Shown here: positions 49,991 to 56,011 of the stretch, one piece after another | Numbering within the stretch: position 1 is the first letter of the stretch | How the letters are laid out: each line of letters opens with the position of its first letter | DNA from: an uncultured Caldilineales bacterium | Lineage (GTDB): Bacteria > Chloroflexota > Anaerolineae > J102 | Reading direction: 5' to 3' | Assembly: GCA_964650295.1 (NCBI GenBank) | Contig: CAZYSY010000039.1 | Location: 1 to 56,011 of the forward strand | DNA length: 56,011 nt | Translations under genes and position numbers: made by a program | The notes under the pieces: generated by a model | Told to the model about the DNA's origin: nothing | Databases searched by the model: none | The model's input: the letters and a program-made list of their open reading frames with translations, nothing else

Positions 49991-50941
49991 TTATTGCAAT
50001 TTCCTACGCCAATCATCGAGAATGTCGGCGAGTGTTTGTCTAAGGGGGATTTCGGCCCGCCACCCGGTCGTCAAACGCAAACGTGTGGGATCGCAAACGA
50101 TGATGGGGGTATCGGAAGGACGCATTCGCTCGGGATCGATTTCGGTGAGGATGGGAACGACGCTCATTTCGAGCAACATGTTGAGAAGATCTTGAATGCT
50201 GATGGCCCGCCCACTGCCTGCGTTATACACCTCGCCTGGCAGACCACGATTGAGCAAAAGCCAATAGGCCCGCACCATGTCGCGCACATCGGTGAAATCT
50301 CGCTGCGCTTCCAGGTTGCCATGCCGCAAGAGTGGCGGTCTCAGCCCGGCCTCGATCTCAGCGATTTGTTTGGCGAAGCTGGAGGCGACGAACATCTCTC
50401 GTTGACCTGGCCCAATGTGATTGAAAGGACGTACGCGCACTGCATGAATGCCGTGACTATGATGATATTGCCAGCCTAACATCTCCTGGGCGATTTTGCT
50501 GACCGCATAGGGCGAGGCCGGCCGCAAGGGCGTATTTTCGTCAATCGGAATATCTTCTGGTTGGATTGCGCCATATTCATCCCCCGACCCCACCACCAAA
50601 ATCCTGGCGTCAAGCTGCGCTTGAATCATAGCCTGGAACAGGTTGAGTTGAATGTGCACATTTTGGTCGAAGGTCAGCCAGGGATGCTTCCAGGAGTAAG
50701 GCACGAAGGATTGTCCGGCCAGATGGAAGATATAATCGGGCTGCCAACGGGCGATGATCTCCCGCACGGTGGCTTCATCTTGCAGATCGGCATGCTCAAA
50801 ATGCACGCGAGATGAAGGATGCTGGGGCAGAGGCAGTTTGTAGTAAACCGATCCCACGATCTCGAGATCGGTTTCTTGTAATAGAAAGCTAATGAGATGG
50901 CGGCCGACAAAGCCTGCCGAGCCGGTAATCAGAGCACGCAT
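49991..50941 (-). CDS. rmd: GDP-4-keto-6-deoxy-D-mannose reductase-like (Rmd)
   Basis: [50 protein letters not shown]; adjacent to gmd. Confidence 0.78.
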   Translation of the reverse strand: MRALITGSAGFVGRHLISFLLQETDLEIVGSVYYKLPLPQHPSSRVHFEHADLQDEATVREIIARWQPDYIFHLAGQSFVPYSWKHPWLTFDQNVHIQLNLFQAMIQAQLDARILVVGSGDEYGAIQPEDIPIDENTPLRPASPYAVSKIAQEMLGWQYHHSHGIHAVRVRPFNHIGPGQREMFVASSFAKQIAEIEAGLRPPLLRHGNLEAQRDFTDVRDMVRAYWLLLNRGLPGEVYNAGSGRAISIQDLLNMLLEMSVVPILTEIDPERMRPSDTPIIVCDPTRLRLTTGWRAEIPLRQTLADILDDWRRKLQ

Positions 50942-50947
50942 AGGCAG

Positions 50948-50956
50948 ATTATACCA
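50948..50956 (-). promoter_or_regulatory. Extended -10 promoter positioned for a leaderless rmd transcript
   Basis: TG-G-TATAAT, then 6 nt (ctgcct), then ATG 50941; no SD. Confidence 0.65.
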
Positions 50957-50995
50957 AAATAAAGGTCAGATCGGGCATTATCGGCGACTGCGTCA

Positions 50996-51808
50996 TCAGC
51001 GCCTCACATCAAGCTCCACCATCACTGGAAGATGATCAGAGGTCTGTCGAACAGTTAGCGCATCCCATGTCTGACACGACGCCACGGCTGAAGCCAGGGG
51101 TCCAGATAGCAAGATGAAGTCCATACGGACCCAGAGTTGCTCTTCGACGTTCCACGTGGGTTGCCGATTTTTTTGGCAGGCATCCACATAGCCGCTTTTC
51201 AGCAGGCGGGGCAGCGCTCTGGCAGGAAAGAAAGTGAAGCCCCGGGCCTCTGTTTGCGCCCGGAAAGCCGCCAACGCCGCTTCATCGGGGAAATCGGCCG
51301 GATTGTAGGTGTTGAGATCGCCCATCAACACGTGGGGCTTACCCCGGTCCCGCACCGTCCAGCTCAGCACCGACCGCACCTGTTCCACCCGCACATCCTC
51401 TTTTTTCGGTTCCAGATGGGTGACATACACCGTCAGCGGCGTATTGTTGGGCAGTAGCACCCGGGTTTCCAGCAGACCGCGCTGGTTGTTGACCACGGGG
51501 GTAAGATGATGGGCGGCTGATGCCAGGATGGGCCAGCGGCTGAGCAGCGCATTACCCGACATCACCTCCGGCAGGCGGAAGGCGTCCTGGGGCTGGAAGG
51601 AGGGCCCGAAAACCGCGTGCATCCCCAGCTCTCGGGACAGAAAATCCAATGCGGGCAGATTAGCTTCGGGCGACGGGTGAGGATGTAGCACCTCATTCAT
51701 CCCGATAATATCGGCATCGGTCTCCCGCAGCACCGCCAACACCTGCTCGACGTTGGACTCGCCGTCGTTATTCTGCCAGTTACGGATGTTATAGGTAAGA
51801 ATTTTCAT
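50996..51808 (-). CDS. Endonuclease/exonuclease/phosphatase family protein
   Basis: ILTYNI, GMNEV, THL, MGDLN, RMDFIL, SDHLP. Confidence 0.92.
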   Translation of the reverse strand: MKILTYNIRNWQNNDGESNVEQVLAVLRETDADIIGMNEVLHPHPSPEANLPALDFLSRELGMHAVFGPSFQPQDAFRLPEVMSGNALLSRWPILASAAHHLTPVVNNQRGLLETRVLLPNNTPLTVYVTHLEPKKEDVRVEQVRSVLSWTVRDRGKPHVLMGDLNTYNPADFPDEAALAAFRAQTEARGFTFFPARALPRLLKSGYVDACQKNRQPTWNVEEQLWVRMDFILLSGPLASAVASCQTWDALTVRQTSDHLPVMVELDVRR

Positions 51809-51877
51809 ATGATTGACACAAATGAATGGTTTTGTTACTAGTTACCTGACACAAATTAGCTTTGACCGCCGTCATTG

Positions 51878-52031
51878 GCCGAATGAATTCGGTTCTTGGG
51901 GCTGCGCCGCCCGTCCCCCTGCGGGGACGGTTCCCGGCCGCGAATTTGCAATCTATTTTTTTGAAAGAAGGGTTGTCAGCGCAGGCTGACAGGCGGCCGG
52001 AGGCCCTCAGCCCTGATTTCAATCGGTGGGC
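51878..52031. repeat. REP/BIME-like composite: two facing A-B hairpin units
   Basis: Plus strand ccgaatgaattcgg + ccgtcccc-ctgc-ggggacgg; minus strand ccgattgaaatcagg + gtcagc-ctgc-gctgac. Confidence 0.7.
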
Positions 52032-52092
52032 AACTGGGCATGAAATTTGTATCAGGTTGCTAGAATACTGATTACTGATAACTTTTCTATAC

Positions 52093-53217
52093 ATGAGTAT
52101 GCACCAGTTAGCGCGAGTTGTCAACCCTATCCTTTTCCTGGCCGCGCTGCTCTTCCTCGCGGCCTGCGCTCCCGCGCCCACCTCTTCCACCCCGCCATCT
52201 CCCACCCTCATACCCGCTGCTACGCCCACCCAGCTTCCCTCGCCCACGCCCATGCCGACTGCCCCCCCAACGCCCCACGTCTATCAAGTTTCCATCTGGG
52301 CCCCCTACATCGGCTTCTTGGAGCAAAAGGCCCTGTCCGACAACGTAGACACGCTCAGTGAAGTCAATTTCTTCTGGTACGAGCTGGGGGCGGATGGCGA
52401 AATCAAGGGCGGGGTGCAGAGCAAGGCGGGGTTGAAAGCCGCCCGCGAAGCGGGCCTGCGGGCGCTGCCCTCCATCCTCAACGGCGGTTTTGATCGGGAG
52501 CGGGTGGCGGCCATCATTCACGATGCGGACAAACGGGCCGCACACATCGACGCCATCGTGCAGCTGGTGGTCGAGAATGGCTACGATGGCATCGACATCG
52601 ACTACGAGAGCCTGTACGAAGAGGATCGGGATGCTTTTACTGCCTTCATTGAGGAGCTGGCCGCGGCGTTGCACCAGGAGGGCAAACTGCTTTCCACCAC
52701 CGTGCACCCCAAAACGGGCGAGGGAGGAACATGGGGCGGGCCCAAGGCCCAGGATTGGGCGAAGCTGGGCGCTGTTTCCGATGAGTTCAAGATCATGATT
52801 TACGACATGCACCACGGAGCCAGCGAATCCGGGCCCATCGCCCCGCTGGATTGGGCCGATGCTGTGCTGACCTATGCCGAAACCCAGGTGGAGCCGGGCA
52901 AAATCTTCATGGGCGTCCCCTTTTACGGCTACGACTGGGTGGGTTCAACGGGCGAGAGCATCGAGTGGCGGCAGGCGGTGAAACGGGCAAAAATGTATAA
53001 CGCCGAGGTGCAGCGGGACGCCAGCTCGGGCGAGGCGTGGTACACCTATGACGACGCACGGCACACGGTTTACTTCAATGACGCGGAGACGCTGGCCGGG
53101 CGTCTGGACATGATGCTGACGAAGCATCCCGACATCGCGGGGGTGAGCATCTGGCGTTTGGGCGGGGAGGACCCGGCCAATTGGCCCACATTAACAGAAA
53201 ACCTGAAGGGAAACTGA
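52093..53217 (+). CDS. GH18 glycosyl hydrolase lipoprotein (YaaH/YdhD/chitinase-like)
   Basis: Lipobox LFLAAC, Pro/Thr linker, catalytic DGIDIDYE, IMIYD, GVPFYGYDW, WRLGGED. Confidence 0.9.
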   Translation: MSMHQLARVVNPILFLAALLFLAACAPAPTSSTPPSPTLIPAATPTQLPSPTPMPTAPPTPHVYQVSIWAPYIGFLEQKALSDNVDTLSEVNFFWYELGADGEIKGGVQSKAGLKAAREAGLRALPSILNGGFDRERVAAIIHDADKRAAHIDAIVQLVVENGYDGIDIDYESLYEEDRDAFTAFIEELAAALHQEGKLLSTTVHPKTGEGGTWGGPKAQDWAKLGAVSDEFKIMIYDMHHGASESGPIAPLDWADAVLTYAETQVEPGKIFMGVPFYGYDWVGSTGESIEWRQAVKRAKMYNAEVQRDASSGEAWYTYDDARHTVYFNDAETLAGRLDMMLTKHPDIAGVSIWRLGGEDPANWPTLTENLKGN

Positions 53218-53294
53218 CCTTAGAAAAACGCGGCCAAGGTGCTGGCATACTCGCAAGAAAACCTGCGCTAATCACCCAATTCTTCACAAAATCC

Positions 53295-53324
53295 AACGCC
53301 TGGCGGTAACGCCGGGCGTTTTTT
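53295..53324 (+). terminator. Rho-independent terminator between convergent genes
   Basis: aacgcctggcg-gtaa-cgccgggcgtt-tttt. Confidence 0.85.
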
Positions 53325-53350
53325 ATCTCGACTGGCCGCATCGCCCTCCC

Positions 53351-54790
53351 TCAGGCGTCCAAAAAGAAGTCCGAGCCATGATCATGGTCGTGATGGTGAT
53401 GATGCCCCAGATAAAGCGCGGCCTGCTCTTCATCGAAGATGTAGGGATCAGGGTCCTCGTTGATGATCTCCACCTCGCCTTCCAACACGATGTGTTGCCC
53501 GAAGACCACATCGCCCCGCACTGTCAGTCTGTCGCAGGGTAGCAGAGAGGGCGGCCCGTAAGGGAATCGGGCGTCGAACTGATCGATGAGCTTGTAGAAA
53601 CGCGGGTCCAAATCCACAACTACTGTCTTCCCCTCCCGCGCGGGATGCAGCATCACCCGGAAATCGTCGGTGAGGATGAAGGCGTCGGAGCGCACGGCCA
53701 GAAGTTCGTTGGTGGTCTTCACCGGCGAGAAGCGACTGCGGGGCACGCGCATGGCCTGAGCGCCCTCGAACACGACGATGGCCGAGCCCATGGCGGTCTC
53801 GAGCTGATAAACGGGCGTGGAGTCGGGATCGCGCGGATCCACCGTCTTCTTGTTCACGATCATGGGCAGACCCAGGATGCCATTGCGCTCATCCAGCACC
53901 CGCTTGAGGGTGGGAAGATGAAGCCAGAGATTGTTGGTGTTGAAATAGCGATGGCGGGCGATATCCTGGAACGCCACCCTGTCTTCCTCGGGGCATTGAG
54001 CTGATTCCCGCAGCAGCAAGCGGCCATCACTCCGACGTCGGGCCAGATGCCCGCCCTTGCGATCAGCAGGCGTCCGATCCGCTACTTCCATCATAAACGG
54101 CAGCTGGTTGGCGACGAAATAACCGAGAATGCCCGCATTCAGCGCTGCGCCCAGGTTGTCGGAGTTGGAGACGAACGCGTATTCATAGCCATGCGCCAAC
54201 AAGGTCTCTAACATGCCGCTGGTGACCAGGGCGGTGTAGATGTCGCCATGCCCGGGCGGAGCCCATTCCAGCGCCGGATTCTCGGGCCACGAGACCGGCT
54301 CCAGGGTGTCTTGCCGGATTTTCGGGGCCTTGTGCTGCACGAAATCCAGGGGGATATCGCCCCACAAGTCGGGATAACGACGCAGCCAGGCCAGAGAATC
54401 CTCTCGGGTGCTGAAGCTGTTCATCAGCGCCAGGGGGATGTGATGATGCAGGGCGTGACGGGCGATGACGTCGAGGAAGGTCAGATCATCTTTGACCGGC
54501 AGCAACGATTTGGCCTTCTGCAGGCCCATGCTGGTGCCCAGGCCTCCGTTCAGTTTGATGACGACAACCTGATGTGTGTGCGCTTCGCCCACCCGCTCCA
54601 ACTCCTGGGGCAGCTTCTCAGCATCGGGCAGATCGTGCACTGGCTCGATGGCGTCTTCGGGTATGAGACCGGTATCGCCCGCCAGCAGTTGGGCGTAATA
54701 ATGACGAAAGGTGTCGATGAATCGCTCGGGTAGCGCTTCGGCCCGCATCCGGGCCTCGAAGGGCGCAAAACGTCGATCGAGATCGTTCAT
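53351..54790 (-). CDS. UTP--glucose-1-phosphate uridylyltransferase of the eukaryote-like UDPGP family
   Basis: IKLNGGLGTSMGLQKAKS, LMNSFST, WAPPGHGD, SNSDNLGA, KGGHL, FNTNNLW, QLETAMG, RFSPVKTT; AGGAG RBS before ATG 54790. Confidence 0.93.
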   Translation of the reverse strand: MNDLDRRFAPFEARMRAEALPERFIDTFRHYYAQLLAGDTGLIPEDAIEPVHDLPDAEKLPQELERVGEAHTHQVVVIKLNGGLGTSMGLQKAKSLLPVKDDLTFLDVIARHALHHHIPLALMNSFSTREDSLAWLRRYPDLWGDIPLDFVQHKAPKIRQDTLEPVSWPENPALEWAPPGHGDIYTALVTSGMLETLLAHGYEYAFVSNSDNLGAALNAGILGYFVANQLPFMMEVADRTPADRKGGHLARRRSDGRLLLRESAQCPEEDRVAFQDIARHRYFNTNNLWLHLPTLKRVLDERNGILGLPMIVNKKTVDPRDPDSTPVYQLETAMGSAIVVFEGAQAMRVPRSRFSPVKTTNELLAVRSDAFILTDDFRVMLHPAREGKTVVVDLDPRFYKLIDQFDARFPYGPPSLLPCDRLTVRGDVVFGQHIVLEGEVEIINEDPDPYIFDEEQAALYLGHHHHHDHDHGSDFFLDA

Positions 54791-54791
54791 A

Positions 54792-56011
54792 TCAAAACGA
54801 CTCCTGCGAGAGAATCGCCCGCAGATCCGCCACTGAGACGCCGGCGAAATCTCCGAAGGTGTAGGGCTCGCGGGCGGCGATAGATTCGGGCACATGCTCA
54901 ACCAGAATTTGCCACTGCGCCTCATCCAACGATTCGATGAAAGCTGCAAAGTCATCCGATGTGGGATTGGCGGGCAGATAGCGGCGATACATGGCCACCA
55001 TGCTTTTGAGCATCCCCAGATAGGGCTGAAGATCGGTGGTGGTGGAAAGGGCGTCGCTGTCGATCCAGGCGATGGGAACTTTGACGATGCCCCCCGGATG
55101 ACGGAGCTGGGTCTTGACCAGCAATTCGATATCGAAAGCGAACTGCTTTTCCAGCATATCCTCGATGATGTCTCGCACCACCTCGGCCCGAAAAGCTTTG
55201 AATCCAGCCTGAGTATCAACAATTTCATCCAGATTGGTGATGACTCGCTTCCAAAGATAGATGAAGAGCTTGCCCCGCAGATTGCGCGTGCCGGTCTTCA
55301 CCACGATGGATTCGGGCTCGCGGCGGGAGCCAATGGCCGCGTCCGCGCCATCCTGCACGATAGGCCCGACCAGCAGCCCCGTCTGTCCCAGATGCGTAGA
55401 CAAATCTGCATCGGTAAAGAGCACGACGTGGTTCGGATGCTGCTTTTGTGCGGCCACCCACATGCCATACTCGATGCTCCCCCCCTTACGGCTGTCATCC
55501 GTGCTGTTCATAGGCCGGATGACGGGCAAATTCTCATCGATGGCATCCTGCAAAAAAAGCACATGCACATCATTTCCGGCATAGTTTTTGGCCAAAAGAT
55601 GTTGCGCCATACGCCCGCTGCCTTCCGGACATCCATCATCCACCACATACATCTCCCAGGAAAAGTTAGGAAAATCACCCATCAGCCAGTTCAACTGGCC
55701 GATTTTGCGCATGAGAAAATTTTCGCCCAGCGGATTCTGCGCCCGGGTGAGAATGCGGATATGCTCTTTATAGAGGGCAAAGACCACCGACACATGCACA
55801 GACTGATCGATTTCGGAAAGGATTTGTTTGGATTTGGCTAACTTGACCGCCAGATGCAACATGAGGGGATAAGCTTCCCTTTCCTGAGCCAACGCCCTTT
55901 CCAGCGCCGCCAACTGGGATACAGCAGGATATGCAGCCCGCAACTGGTCGGCGGCGTGGGTGGCGCGCTGCAAATGCTCCTCGATGGTCAGATCTAACTG
56001 TGCGGGCGCCG
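54792..56011 (-). CDS. GT-A fold glycosyltransferase (Alg5/DPM-like motifs), 5'-truncated by the window edge
   Basis: VVDDG, RKGG, FTDADLST, IGSRR, DTQAGFKAF, FAFDIELL; frame open to 56011. Confidence 0.75.
   Translation of the reverse strand, partial: APAQLDLTIEEHLQRATHAADQLRAAYPAVSQLAALERALAQEREAYPLMLHLAVKLAKSKQILSEIDQSVHVSVVFALYKEHIRILTRAQNPLGENFLMRKIGQLNWLMGDFPNFSWEMYVVDDGCPEGSGRMAQHLLAKNYAGNDVHVLFLQDAIDENLPVIRPMNSTDDSRKGGSIEYGMWVAAQKQHPNHVVLFTDADLSTHLGQTGLLVGPIVQDGADAAIGSRREPESIVVKTGTRNLRGKLFIYLWKRVITNLDEIVDTQAGFKAFRAEVVRDIIEDMLEKQFAFDIELLVKTQLRHPGGIVKVPIAWIDSDALSTTTDLQPYLGMLKSMVAMYRRYLPANPTSDDFAAFIESLDEAQWQILVEHVPESIAAREPYTFGDFAGVSVADLRAILSQESF

Noticed and set aside
52093-53217. GH18 as evidence of sporulation (YaaH/YdhD similarity)
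   Set aside because: No LysM domains or other sporulation genes; family similarity alone does not support it
1-56011. CRISPR array, rRNA, transposase, reverse transcriptase or DGR
   Set aside because: No regularly spaced identical repeats, rRNA-like sequence, or DDE/HUH/YADD motifs found by eye

Overview
56-kb chromosomal window from a bacterium that looks like Chloroflexota (Anaerolineae/Caldilineae-like). This is an inference from the Pro/Thr-linker lipoproteins, GT-C and O-antigen-ligase-like genes, FemAB and the style of the intergenic repeats; it is not proven. About 48 supported CDS: an ATP-grasp and femAB pair with two type II TA modules and a probable deleted methyltransferase remnant (1-4.3 kb); nth and a YprB/MrfB-like exonuclease; a long minus-strand run from xerD/PNP through a BNR beta-propeller protein, a zinc protease, a STAND-like ATPase and a DegT aminotransferase; a DtxR-feoA-feoB-feoC-NifX-like operon; SLC13, SDR, ClC, MFS and rtcB; a partner-switching pair (STAS plus an RsbW-GAF-GAF-PP2C fusion); and a large surface-glycosylation and nucleotide-sugar region (O-antigen-ligase-like, GT-C, GT4, GT2, PGM/PMM, gmd, rmd-like, eukaryote-type UGPase). 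I found no rRNA, tRNA, CRISPR array, transposase or phage genes, and no single unmistakable new system. The best candidates for follow-up are: (i) at least seven intergenic elements that share one periodic-palindrome architecture but differ in sequence, plus two REP/MITE-like composites; (ii) the kinase-phosphatase fusion; (iii) an unnamed duplicated C-terminal domain on the BNR protein; (iv) the protease-STAND ATPase operon; (v) a probable protein-glycosylation system. Start codons were refined by eye from RBS and overlap evidence. All family calls come from motif recognition, not database searches.
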